NCBI GenBank assembly: GCA_964247055.1
Contig: OZ176058.1
Span: 4,030,001-4,094,000 of the forward strand
Source of the DNA: Paragordius varius
Lineage: Eukaryota > Animalia > Nematomorpha
Reading direction: 5' to 3'
DNA: 64,000 bases
In this document: positions 27,501 through 41,990 of the stretch, piece after piece
Layout: every line of letters begins with the position of its first letter
Numbering within the stretch: position 1 is the stretch's first letter
The notes under the pieces: generated by a model
Told to the model about the DNA's origin: nothing
The model's database searches: none
The model's input: only the letters and a program-made list of their open reading frames with translations
Program-made: the position numbers and the translations under genes

Positions 27501-29940
27501 CAACAATCAAATAATTTTTCCAACAATCAAAATATGTTTTCTTTTAACTTTTTAGTGTTTCCAACAATCAAACATATATTTTCAACAATCAAACATATTT
27601 TTTCGACAATCAAATAATTTTTCAAACAATCATAATATGTTGCCTAACAGCTTTTTAATCTTTCCAACAATCAAGCATATATTTTCAACAATCATATAAT
27701 TTATTCAACAATCAAATTATGTTGTCTTTTAACTATTTATTGTTTCCAACAATCAAACATATATTTTCAACAATCAAATAATTTTAACAATCAAAATATG
27801 TTTTCTTTTAACTTTTTAGTGTTTCCAACAATTAATCATATATTTTCAACAATCATATTTATTCAACAATCAAATTTTGTTTTCTTTTATCTTTTTAGTG
27901 TTTCCAACAATCAATCATATATTTTTAACAATCAAATAATTTTTTTAACAATCAAAATATGTTGACCAATAGCTTTTTAGTATTTCCAACAATCAAATAA
28001 TTTTTCCAACAATTAAAATATGTTTTCTTTTAACTTTTTAGTGTTTCCAACAATCAAACATATATTTTCAACAATCAAATAATTTTTACAACAATCAAAA
28101 TATGTTGCCCAATAGTTTTTAGTGTTTCCAACAATGAAACATATATTTTCAACAATCAAATAATTTTTCAAACAATCAAAATATTGCCCAATAGCTTTTA
28201 GTGTTTCCAACAATCCTACATATATTTTCAACAATCGAATAATTTTTCAAACAAACAAAATATGTTGCCCAATAGCTTTTTAGTATTTCCAACAATCAAA
28301 CATATATTTTCAACAATCAAATAATTTTTCCAACAATCAAATTATGTTGTCTTTTAACTTTTTAGTGTTTCCAACAATCAATCATATATTTTCAACAATC
28401 AAATAATTTCTCCAACAATCAAAATATTATGCCCAATAGCTTTTTAGTGTTCCCAATTTCCAACAATCAAAATTTGATTTCTTTTAACTTTTTATCAAAC
28501 ATATATTTTCAACAATGAAATAATTTTTCCAACAATCAAAATATGTTGCCCAATAGCTTTTTAGTATTTCCAACAATCAAACATATATTTTCAACAATCA
28601 AATAATTTTTCCAACAATCAAAATATGTTTTTTTTAACTTTTTAGTGTTTCCAACAATCAACATATATTTTCAACAATCAAATAATTTTTCAAACAATCA
28701 AAATATGTTGCTCAATACCTTTTAATATTTCCAACAATCAAAGATATATTTGCACAATCAAATATTTTACAACAATTAAATGTTTTTTATTTTTTTAGTG
28801 TTTCCAACAATCAAACATATATTTTCAACAATCAAATAATTTTTCCAACAATCAAATTATGTTGTCTTTTAACTTTTTAGTGTTTCCAACAATCAATCAT
28901 ACATTTTCGACAATCAAATAATTTCTCCAACAATCAAAATATGTTACCCAATAGTTTTTTAGTTTTTCCAACAATTAAATAATTTTTTCAACAATCAAAT
29001 TATGTTGTCTTTTAACTTTTTAGTGTTTCCAACAATCAAACATATATTTTCAACAATCAAATAATTTTGCAACAATAAATATGTTGCCCAATAGTTTTTT
29101 AGTGTTTCCAACAATTAAATAATTTTTTCAACAATCAAATTATGTTGTCTTTTAACTTTTAATGTTTCCAACAATCAAACATATATTTTCAACAATCAAA
29201 TAATTTTTCTAACAATCAATGTTGCCCAATAGCTTTTTAGTATTTCCAACAATCAAACATATATTTTCAACAATCAAATAATTTTTCCAACAATCAAAAT
29301 ATGTTTTCTTTTAACTTTTTAGTGTTTCCAACAATCAAACATATATTTTCAACAATAAAATAATTTTTTTAACAATCAAAATATGTTGCCCAATAGCTTT
29401 TTAGTATTTCCAACAATCAAATAATTTTTCCAACAATCAAATTATGTTGTCTTTTAACTTTTTAGTGTTTCCAACAATCAAACATATATTTTCAACAATC
29501 AAATAATTTTTCCAACAATCAAAATATGTTTTCTTTTTTTTAGTTTTTCCAACAATCAATCATATATTTTCAACAATCAAATAATTTCTCCAACAATCAA
29601 AATATGATGTCCAATAGCTTTTTAGTGTTTCCAATTTCCAACAATCAAAATTTGATTTCTTTTGACTTTTTAGTGTTTCCAACAATCAAACATATATTTT
29701 CAATAATCAAATAATTTTTCCAACAATCAAATTATGTTGTCTTTTAACTTTTTACTGTTTCCAACAATCAAACATATATTTTCAACAATCAAATAATTTT
29801 TCCAACAATCAAAATATGTTGCCCATTAGCTTTTTGGTATTTATAAAAACAAACATATATTTTCAACAATCAAATAATTTTTCCAACAATCAAAATATGT
29901 TTTCTTTTAACTTTTTAGTGTTTCCAACAATCAAACATAT
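24575..29940 (+). repeat. Tandem duplication of a ~2.6-2.7-kb block, related to the 6.9-9.5 kb block
   Basis: Offsets 2610 (24754/27364, 25032/27642, ORF ends 25403/28013), ~2693 (26017/28710) and 2668 (26985/29653, 27168/29836). The same marker order occurs at 7255, 8088, 8243, 9190, 9373. Confidence 0.85.
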
Positions 29941-31326
29941 ATTTTCAACAATAAAATAATTTTTTCAACAATCAAATTATGTTGTCTTTTAACTTTTTAG
30001 TGTTTCCAACAATCAAACATATATTTTCAACAATCAAATAATTTTTCCAACTGAATATGTTGCCCAATAGCTTTTTAGTGTTTCCAACAATCAAACATAT
30101 TTTTTCGACAATCAAATAATTTTTCAAACAATCATAATATGTTGCCTAACAGCTTTTTAATCTTTCCAACAATCAAGCATATATGTTCAACAATCATATA
30201 ATTTATTCAACAATCAAATTATGTTGTCTTTTAACTATTTATTGTTTCCAACAATCAAACATATATTTTTAACAATCAAATAATTTTTTTAACAATCAAA
30301 ATATGTTGCCCAATAGCTTTTTAGTATTTCCAACAATCAAATAATTTTTCCAACACAAAATATGTTTTCTTTTAACTTTTTAGTGTTTCCAACAATCAAA
30401 CATATATTTTCAACAATCAAATAATTTTCCAACAAATATGTTGCCCAATAGTTTTTTACTGTTTCCAACAATTAAATAATTTTTTCAACAATCAAATTAT
30501 GTTGTCTTTTAACTTTTTAGTGTTTCCAACAATCAAACATATATTTTCAACAATCAAATAATTTTTCCAACAATCAAAATATGTTTTCTTTTAACTTTTT
30601 AGTGTTTCCAACAATCAAACATATATTTTCAACAATCAAATAATTTTTCCAACAATCAAAATATGTTGCCCAATAGCTTTTTAGTATTTCCAAAAATCAA
30701 ACATATATTTTCAACGATCCAATAATTTTTCCAACAATCAAAATATGTTTTCTTTTAACTTTTTAGTGTTTCCAACAATCAAACATATATTTTCAACAAT
30801 TAAATAATTATTTTAACAATCAAAATTTGTTGCCCAATAGCTTTTTAGTATTTCCAACAATCAAATAATTTTTCCAACAATCAAAATATGTTTTCTTTTA
30901 ACTTTTTAGTGTTTCCAACAATCAAACATATATTTTCAACAATCAAATAATTATTTTAACAATCAAAATATGTTGCCCAATAGTTTTTTAGTGTTTCCAA
31001 CAATTAAATAATTTTTTCAACAATCAAATTATGTTGTCTTTTAACTTTTTAGTGTTTCCAACAATCAAACATATATTTTCAACAATCAAATAATTTTTCC
31101 AACAATCAAAATATGTTGCCCAATAGCTTTTTAGTATTTCCAACAATCAAACATATTTTTTCGACAATCAAATAATTTTTCAAACAATCATAATATGTTG
31201 CCTAACAGCTTTTTAATCTTTCCAACAATCAAGCATATATGTTCAACAATCATATAATTTATTCAACAATCAAATTATGTTGTCTTTTAACTATTTATTG
31301 TTTCCAACAATCAAACATATATTTTT

Positions 31327-34300
31327 AACAATCAAATAATTTTTTTAACAATCAAAATATGTTGCCCAATAGCTTTTTAGTATTTCCAACAATCAAATAA
31401 TTTTTCCAACACAAAATATGTTTTCTTTTAACTTTTTAGTGTTTCCAACAATCAAACATATATTTTCAACAATCAAATAATTTTCCAACAATAAATATGT
31501 TGCCCAATAGTTTTTTACTGTTTCCAACAATTAAATAATTTTTTCAACAATCAAATTATGTTGTCTTTTAACTTTTTAGTGTTTCCAACAATCAAACATA
31601 TATTTTCAACAATCAAATAATTTTTCCAACAAACAAAATATGTTGCCTAATAGCTTTTTAGTATTTCCAACAATAAAACATATATTTTTAACAATCAAAT
31701 AATTTCTCCAACAATCAAAATATGTTGCCCAATAGCTTTTTAGTGTTTCCAACAATGACACATATATTTTCAACAATCAAATAATTTTTCAAACAATCAA
31801 AATATGTTGCCCAATAGCTTTTAGTGTTTCCAACAATCAAACATATATTTTCAACAATCAAATAATTTTTCAAACAATCCAAATATGTTGCCCAATAGCT
31901 TTTTAGTATTTCCAACAATCAAACATATATTTTCAACAATCAAATAATTTTTCCAACAATCAAATTATGTTAACTTTTTAGTGTTTCCAACAATCAGTCA
32001 TATATTTTCAACATTCAAATTAATTTCTCCAACAATGAAAATATGATGCCCAATAGCTTTTTAGTGTTTCCAATTTCCAACAATCAAAATTTGATTTCTT
32101 TTAACTTTTTAGTGTTTCCAACAATCAAACATATATTTTCAACAATCAAATAATTTTTCCAACAATCAAATTATGTTGTCTTTTAACTTTTTCGTGTTTC
32201 CAACAATCAATCATACATTTTCGACAATCAAATAATTTCTCCAACAATCAAAATATGTTGCCCAATAGTTTTTTAGTGTTTCCAACAATTAAATAATTTT
32301 TTCAACAATCAAATTATGTTGTCTTTTAACTTTTTAGTGTTTCCAACAATCAAACATATATTTTCAACAATCAAATAATTTTTCCAACAATCAAAATATG
32401 TTGCCCAATAGCTTTTTAGTATTTCCAACAATCAAACATATATTCTCAACAATCAAATAATTTTTCCAACAATCAAATTATGTTGAATAGCTTAGTGTTT
32501 CCAACAATCAAACATATATTTTCAAAATCAAATATTTTGCAACAATTAAATTATGTTTTTTAACTTTTTAGTGTTTCCAACAATCAAACATATATTTTCA
32601 ATAATCAAATAATTTTTCCAACAATCAAATTATATTGTCTTTTAACTTTTTAGTGTTTCCAACAATTACACATATATTTTCAACAATCAAATAATTTTTA
32701 CAACAATCAAATTATGTTGAATAGCTTTTAGTGTTTCCAACAATCAAACATATATTTTCAACAATCAAATAATTTTTCCAACAATCAAAATATGTTTTCT
32801 TTAAACTTTTTAGTTTTTCCAACAATTACACATATATTTTCAACAATCAAATAATTTTTACAACAATCAAAATATGTTGCCCAATAGTTTTTTAGTGTTT
32901 CCAACAATCAAACATATTTTTTCAACAATCAAATAATTTTTCAAACAATCAAAATATGTTGCCCCATAGCTTTTTAGTATTTCCAACAATCAAACATATA
33001 TTTTCAACAATCAAATAATTTTTCCAACAATCAAAATATGTTTTCTTTAAACTTTTTAGTGTTTCCAACAATTACACATATATTTTCAACAATCAAATAA
33101 TTTTTCCAACAATCAAAATATGTTGCCCAATAGCTTTTTAGTATTTCCAACAATCAAACATATATTCTCAACAATCAAATAATTTTTCCAACAATCAAAT
33201 TATGTTGAATAGCTTAGTGTTTCCAACAATCAAACATATATTTTCAAAATCAAATATTTTGCAACAATTAAATTATGTTTTTTAACTTTTTAGTGTTTCC
33301 AACAATCAAACATATATTTTCAATAAACAAATAATTTTTCCAACAATCAAATTATATTGTCTTTTAACTTTTTAGTGTTTCCAACAATTACACATATATT
33401 TTCAACAATCAAATAATTTTTACAACAATCAAATTATGTTGAATAGCTTTTAGTGTTTCCAACAATCAAACATATATTTTCAACAATCAAATAATTTTTC
33501 CAACAATCAAAATATGTTTTCTTTAAACTTTTTAGTGTTTCCAACAATTACACATATATTTTCAACAATCAAATAATTTTTACAACAATCAAAATATGTT
33601 GCCCAATAGTTTTTTAGTGTTTCCAACAATCAAACATATTTTTTCAACAATCAAATAATTTTTCAAACAATCAAAATATGTTGCCCCATAGCTTTTTAGT
33701 ATTTCCAACAATCAAACATATATTTTCAACAATCAAATAATTTTTCCAACAATCAAAATATGTTTTCTTTAAGCTTTTTAGTGTTTCCAACAATTACACA
33801 TATATTTTCAACAATCAAATAATTTTTACAACAATCAAAATATGTTGCCCAATAGCTTTTTAGTATTTCCAACAATCAAACATATATTTTCAACAATCAA
33901 ATAATTTTTCCAACAATCAAAATATGTTTTCTTTAAACTTTTTAGTGTTTCCAACAATTACACATATATTTTCAACAATCAAATAATTTTTACAACAATC
34001 AAAATATGTTGCCCAATAGTTTTTTAGTGTTTCCAACAATCAAACATATTTTTTCAACAATCAAATAATTTTTCAAACAATCAAAATATGTTGCCCCATA
34101 GCTTTTTAGTATTTCCAACAATCAAACATATATTTTCAACAATCAAATAATTTTTCCAACAATCAAAATATGTTGCCCAATAGATTTTTAGTATTTCCAA
34201 CAATCAAACATATATTTTCAACAATCAAATAATTTTTCCAACAATCAATATGTTTTCTTTTAACTTTTTAGTTTTTCCAACAATCAAACATATATTTTCA

Positions 34301-36800
34301 ACAATCAAATAATTTTTTTAACAATCAAAATATGTTGCCCAATAGCTTTTTAGTATTTCCAACAATCAAATAATTTTTCCAACACAAAATATGTTTTCTT
34401 TTAACTTTTTAGTGTTTCCAACAATCAAACATATATTTTCAACAATCAAATAATTTTCCAACAATAAATATGTTGCCCAATAGTTTTTTACTGTTTCCAA
34501 CAATTAAATAATTTTTTCAACAATCAAATTATGTTGTCTTTTAACTTTTTAGTGTTTCCAACAATCAAACATATATTTTCAACAATCAAATAATTTTTCC
34601 AACAAACAAAATATGTTGCCTAATAGCTTTTTAGTATTTCCAACAATAAAACATATATTTTTAACAATCAAATAATTTCTCCAACAATCAAAATATGTTG
34701 CCCAATAGCTTTTTAGTGTTTCCAACAATGAAACATATATTTTCAACAATCAAATAATTTTTCAAACAATCAAAATATGTTGCCCAATAGCTTTTAGTGT
34801 TTCCAACAATCAAACATATATTTTCAACAATCAAATAATTTTTCAAACAATCCAAATATGTTGCCCAATAGCTTTTTAGTATTTCCAACAATCAAACATA
34901 TATTTTCAACAATCAAATAATTTTTCCAACAATCAAATTATGTTAACTTTTTAGTGTTTCCAACAATCAGTCATATATTTTCAACATTCAAATTAATTTC
35001 TCCAACAATGAAAATATGATGCCCAATAGCTTTTTAGTGTTTCCAATTTCCAACAATCAAAATTTGATTTCTTTTAACTTTTTAGTGTTTCCAACAATCA
35101 AACATATATTTTCAACAATCAAATAATTTTTCCAACAATCAAATTATGTTGTCTTTTAACTTTTTCGTGTTTCCAACAATCAATCATACATTTTCGACAA
35201 TCAAATAATTTCTCCAACAATCAAAATATGTTGCCCAATAGTTTTTTAGTGTTTCCAACAATTAAATAATTTTTTCAACAATCAAATTATGTTGTCTTTT
35301 AACTTTTTAGTGTTTCCAACAATCAAACATATATTTTCAACAATCAAATAATTTTTCCAACAATCAAAATATGTTGCCCAATAGCTTTTTAGTATTTCCA
35401 ACAATCAAACATATATTCTCAACAATCAAATAATTTTTCCAACAATCAAATTATGTTGAATAGCTTAGTGTTTCCAACAATCAAACATATATTTTCAAAA
35501 TCAAATATTTTGCAACAATTAAATTATGTTTTTTAACTTTTTAGTGTTTCCAACAATCAAACATATATTTTCAATAATCAAATAATTTTTCCAACAATCA
35601 AATTATATTGTCTTTTAACTTTTTAGTGTTTCCAACAATTACACATATATTTTCAACAATCAAATAATTTTTACAACAATCAAATTATGTTGAATAGCTT
35701 TTAGTGTTTCCAACAATCAAACATATATTTTCAACAATCAAATAATTTTTCCAACAATCAAAATATGTTTTCTTTAAACTTTTTAGTGTTTCCAACAATT
35801 ACACATATATTTTCAACAATCAAATAATTTTTACAACAATCAAAATATGTTGCCCAATAGTTTTTTAGTGTTTCCAACAATCAAACATATTTTTTCAACA
35901 ATCAAATAATTTTTCAAACAATCAAAATATGTTGCCCCATAGCTTTTTAGTATTTCCAACAATCAAACATATATTTTCAACAATCAAATAATTTTTCCAA
36001 CAATCAAAATATGTTTTCTTTAAACTTTTTAGTGTTTCCAACAATTACACATATATTTTCAACAATCAAATAATTTTTCCAACAATCAAAATATGTTGCC
36101 CAATAGCTTTTTAGTATTTTAAACAATCAAACATATATTCTCAACAATCAAATAATTTTTCCAACAATCAAATTATGTTGAATAGCTTAGTGTTTCCAAC
36201 AATCAAACATATATTTTCAAAATCAAATATTTTGCAACAATTAAATTATGTTTTTTAACTTTTTAGTGTTTCCAACAATCAAACATATATTTTCAATAAA
36301 CAAATAATTTTTCCAACAATCAAATTATATTGTCTTTTAACTTTTTAGTGTTTCCAACAATTACACATATATTTTCAACAATCAAATAATTTTTACAACA
36401 ATCAAATTATGTTGAATAGCTTTTAGTGTTTCCAACAATCAAACATATATTTTCAACAATCAAATAATTTTTCCAACAATCAAAATATGTTTTCTTTAAA
36501 CTTTTTAGTGTTTCCAACAATTACACATATATTTTCAACAATCAAATAATTTTTACAACAATCAAAATATGTTGCCCAATAGTTTTTTAGTGTTTCCAAC
36601 AATCAAACATATTTTTTCAACAATCAAATAATTTTTCAAACAATCAAAATATGTTGCCCCATAGCTTTTTAGTATTTCCAACAATCAAACATATATTTTC
36701 AACAATCAAATAATTTTTCCAACAATCAAAATATGTTTTCTTTAAACTTTTTAGTGTTTCCAACAATTACACATATATTTTCAACAATCAAATAATTTTT
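31327..36800 (+). repeat. 2973-bp duplication containing a nested 722-bp tandem duplication
   Basis: Offset 2973: 31412/34385, 31518/34491, ORFs 31715/34688, 32092/35065, 32961/35934, 33683/36656. Offset 722: 32491/33213, 32961/33683, 35934/36656, 37727/38449. Confidence 0.9.
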
Positions 36801-39544
36801 CCAACAATCAAATTATGTTAACTTTTTAGTGTTTCCAACAATCAGTCATATATTTTCAACATTCAAATTAATTTCTCCAACAATGAAAATATGATGCCCA
36901 ATAGCTTTTTAGTGTTTCCAATTTCCAACAATCAAAATTTGATTTCTTTTAACTTTTTAGTTTTTCCAACAATCAAACATATATTTTCAACAATCAAATA
37001 ATTTTTCCAACAATCAAATTATGTTGTCTTTTAACTTTTTCGTGTTTCCAACAATCAATCATACATTTTCGACAATCAAATAATTTCTCCAACAATCAAA
37101 ATATGTTGCCCAATAGTTTTTTAGTGTTTCCAACAATCAAATAATTTTTCCAACAATCAAAATATGTTGCCCAATAGCTTTTTAGTATTTCCAACAATCA
37201 AACATATATTCTCAACAATCAAATAATTTTTCCAACAATCAAATTATGTTGAATAGCTTAGTGTTTCCAACAATCAAACATATATTTTCAAAATCAAATA
37301 TTTTGCAACAATTAAATTATGTTTTTTAACTTTTTAGTGTTTCCAACAATCAAACATATATTTTCAATAATCAAATAATTTTTCCAACAATCAAATTATA
37401 TTGTCTTTTAACTTTTTAGTGTTTCCAACAATTACACATATATTTTCAACAATCAAATAATTTTTACAACAATCAAATTATGTTGAATAGCTTTTAGTGT
37501 TTCCAACAATCAAACATATATTTTCAACAATCAAATAATTTTTCCAACAATCAAAATATGTTTTCTTTAAACTTTTTAGTGTTTCCAACAATTACACATA
37601 TATTTTCAACAATCAAATAATTTTTACAACAATCAAAATATGTTGCCCAATAGTTTTTTAGTGTTTCCAACAATCAAACATATTTTTTCAACAATCAAAT
37701 AATTTTTCAAACAATCAAAATATGTTGCCCCATAGCTTTTTAGTATTTCCAACAATCAAACATATATTTTCAACAATCAAATAATTTTTCCAACAATCAA
37801 AATATGTTTTCTTTAAACTTTTTAGTGTTTCCAACAATTACACATATATTTTCAACAATCAAATAATTTTTCCAACAATCAAAATATGTTGCCCAATAGC
37901 TTTTTAGTATTTCCAACAATCAAACATATATTCTCAACAATCAAATAATTTTTCCAACAATCAAATTATGTTGAATAGCTTAGTGTTTCCAACAATCAAA
38001 CATATATTTTCAAAATCAAATATTTTGCAACAATTAAATTATGTTTTTTAACTTTTTAGTGTTTCCAACAATCAAACATATATTTTCAATAAACAAATAA
38101 TTTTTCCAACAATCAAATTATATTGTCTTTTAACTTTTTAGTGTTTCCAACAATTACACATATATTTTCAACAATCAAATAATTTTTACAACAATCAAAT
38201 TATGTTGAATAGCTTTTAGTGTTTCCAACAATCAAACATATATTTTCAACAATCAAATAATTTTTCCAACAATCAAAATATGTTTTCTTTAAACTTTTTA
38301 GTGTTTCCAACAATTACACATATATTTTCAACAATCAAATAATTTTTACAACAATCAAAATATGTTGCCCAATAGTTTTTTAGTGTTTCCAACAATCAAA
38401 CATATTTTTTCAACAATCAAATAATTTTTCAAACAATCAAAATATGTTGCCCCATAGCTTTTTAGTATTTCCAACAATCAAACATATATTTTCAACAATC
38501 AAATAATTTTTCCAACAATCAAAATATGTTTTCTTTAAACTTTTTAGTGTTTCCAACAATTACACATATATTTTCAACAATCAAATAATTTTTACAACAA
38601 TCAAAATATGTTGCCCAATAGCTTTTTAGTATTTCCAACAATCAAACATATATTTTCAACAATCAAATAATTTTTCCAACAATCAAAATATGTTTTCTTT
38701 AAACTTTTTAGTGTTTCCAACAACACATATATTTTCAACAATCAAATAATTTTTACAACAATCAAAATATGTTGCCCAATAGTTTTTTAGTGTTTCCAAC
38801 AATCAAACATATTTTTTCAACAATCAAATAATTTTTCAAACAATCAAAATATGTTGCCCCATAGCTTTTTAGTATTTCCAACAATCAAACATATATTTTC
38901 AACAATCAAATAATTTTTCCAACAATCAAAATATGTTGCCCAATAGATTTTTAGTATTTCCAACAATCAAACATATATTTTCAACAATCAAATAATTTTT
39001 TTAACAATCAAAATATGTTGCCCAATAGCTTTTTAGTATTTCCAAAAATCAAATAATTTTTCCAACAATCAAAATATGTTTTCTTTTAACTTTTTAGTGT
39101 TTCCAACAATCAAACATATATTTACAACAATCAAATAATTTTTCCAACAATCAAAATATGTTGCCCAATAGTTTTTTAGTGTTTCCAACAATTAAATAAT
39201 TTTTTCAACAATCAAATTATGTTGTCTTTTAACTTTTTAGGGTTTCCAACAATCAAACATATATTAATCAAATAATTTTTTCAACAATCAAATAATTTTT
39301 TTAACAATCAAAATATGTTTCCCAATAGTTTTTTAGTGTTTCCAACAATCAAACATATTTTTTCAACAATATAATTTTTCAAAAAATCAAAATATGTTGC
39401 CCAATAGCTTTTTAGTGTTTTCAACAATCAAACATATATTTTCAACAATCATATAATTTATTCAACAATCAAATTATGTCGTCTTTACACTATTTAGTGT
39501 TTCCAACAATCAAACATATATTTTCAACAATCAAATAATTTTTC

Positions 39545-41990
39545 CAACACAAAATATGTTTTCTTTTAACTTTTTAGTGTTTCCAACAATCAAACATATA
39601 TTTTCAACAATCAAATAATTTTCCAACAATAAATATGTTGCCCAATAGTTTTTTACTGTTTCCAACAATTAAATAATTTTTTCAACAATCAAATTATGTT
39701 GTCTTTTAACTTTTTAGTGTTTCCAACAATCAAACATATATTTTCAACAATCAAATAATTTTTCCAACAATCAAAATATGTTTTCTTTTAACTTTTTAGT
39801 GTTTCCAACAATCAAACATATATTTTCAACAATCAAATAATTTTTCCAACAATCAAAATATGTTGCCCAATAGCTTTTTAGTATTTCCAAAAATCAAACA
39901 TATATTTTCAACGATCCAATAATTTTTCCAACAATCAAAATATGTTTTCTTTTAACTTTTTAGTGTTTCCAACAATCAAACATATATTTTCAACAATCAA
40001 ATAATTATTTTAACAATCAAAATTTGTTGCCCAATAGCTTTTTAGTATTTCCAACAATCAAATAATTTTTCCAACAATCAAAATATGTTTTCTTTTAACT
40101 TTTTAGTGTTTCCAACAATCAAACATATATTTTCAACAATCAAATAATTATTTTAACAATCAAAATATGTTGCCCAATAGTTTTTTAGTGTTTCCAACAA
40201 TTAAATAATTTTTTCAACAATCAAATTATGTTGTCTTTTAACTTTTTAGTGTTTCCAACAATCAAACATATATTTTCAACAATCAAATAATTTTTCCAAC
40301 AATCAAAATATGTTGCCCAATAGCTTTTTAGTATTTTCGACAATCAAATAATTTTTCAAACAATCATAATATGTTGCCTAACAGCTTTTTAATCTTTCCA
40401 ACAATCAAGCATATATGTTCAACAATCATATAATTTATTCAACAATCAAATTATGTTGTCTTTTAACTATTTATTGTTTCCAACAATCAAACATATATTT
40501 TTAACAATCAAATAATTTTTTTAACAATCAAAATATGTTGCCCAATAGCTTTTTAGTATTTCCAACAATCAAATAATTTTTCCAACACAAAATATGTTTT
40601 CTTTTAACTTTTTAGTGTTTCCAACAATCAAACATATATTTTCAACAATCAAATAATTTTCCAACAATAAATATGTTGCCCAATAGTTTTTTACTGTTTC
40701 CAACAATTAAATAATTTTTTCAACAATCAAATTATGTTGTCTTTTAACTTTTTAGTGTTTCCAACAATCAAACATATATTTTCAACAATCAAATAATTTT
40801 TCCAACAAACAAAATATGTTGCCTAATAGCTTTTTAGTATTTCCAACAATAAAACATATATTTTTAACAATCAAATAATTTCTCCAACAATCCAAATATG
40901 TTGCCCAATAGCTTTTTAGTGTTTCCAACAATGAACATATATTTTCAACAATCAAATAATTTTTCCAACAATCAAATTATGTTAACTTTTTAGTGTTTCC
41001 AACAATCAGTCATATATTTTCAACATTCAAATTAATTTCTCCAACAATGAAAATATGATGCCCAATAGCTTTTTAGTGTTTCCAATTTCCAACAATCAAA
41101 ATTTGATTTCTTTTAACTTTTTAGTGTTTCCAACAATCAAACATATATTTTCAACAATCAAATAATTTTTCCAACAATCAAATTATGTTGTCTTTTAACT
41201 TTTTCGTGTTTCCAACAATCAATCATACATTTTCGACAATCAAATAATTTCTCCAACAATCAAAATATGTTGCCCAATAGTTTTTTAGTGTTTCCAACAA
41301 TTAAATAATTTTTTCAACAATCAAATTATGTTGTCTTTTAACTTTTAGTGTTTCCAACAATCAAACATATATTTTCAACAATCAAATAATTTTTCCAACA
41401 ATCAAAATATGTTGCCCAATAGCTTTTTAGTATTTCCAACAATCAAACATATATTCTCAACAATCAAATAATTTTTCCAACAATCAAATTATGTTGAATA
41501 GCTTAGTGTTTCCAACAATCAAACATATATTTTCAAAATCAAATATTTTGCAACAATTAAATTATGTTTTTTAACTTTTTAGTGTTTCCAACAATCAAAC
41601 ATATATTTTCAATAATCAAATAATTTTTCCAACAATCAAATTATATTGTCTTTTAACTTTTTAGTGTTTCCAACAATTACACATATATTTTCAACAATCA
41701 AATAATTTTTACAACAATCAAATTATGTTGAATAGCTTTTAGTGTTTCCAACAATCAAACATATATTTTCAACAATCAAATAATTTTTCCAACAATCAAA
41801 ATATGTTTTCTTTAAACTTTTTAGTGTTTCCAACAATTACACATATATTTTCAACAATCAAATAATTTTTACAACAATCAAAATATGTTGCCCAATAGTT
41901 TTTTAGTGTTTCAAAACATATTTTTTCAACAATCAAATAATTTTTCAAACAATCAAAATATGTTGCCCCATAGCTTTTTAGTATTTCCAA
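39545..41990 (+). repeat. Displaced copy (~9.0-9.2 kb downstream) of the 30350-32970 block
   Basis: Offset 9197 (30716/39913, 30826/40023), then 9176 after a 21-bp deletion (31200/40376), then 9012 after a further 164-bp loss (32092/41104). The AAGCATATATGTTCAAC variant occurs only near 30185, 31241 and 40417. Confidence 0.85.

Larger units (their letters stand above)
1..30350 (+). repeat. Left variant domain of the satellite
   Basis: Marker CATAATATGTTGCCTAACAGCTTTTTAATCTTTCC at about 637, 1794, 5039, 7255, 10665, 11858, 12823, 13977, 14947, 18012, 18977, 21638, 25032, 27642, 30144. Other markers seen only here: CAACAAGTAATCAT, TTGGTATTTATAAAAAC, GCTCAATACC, GCCGAATAG. Confidence 0.85.
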
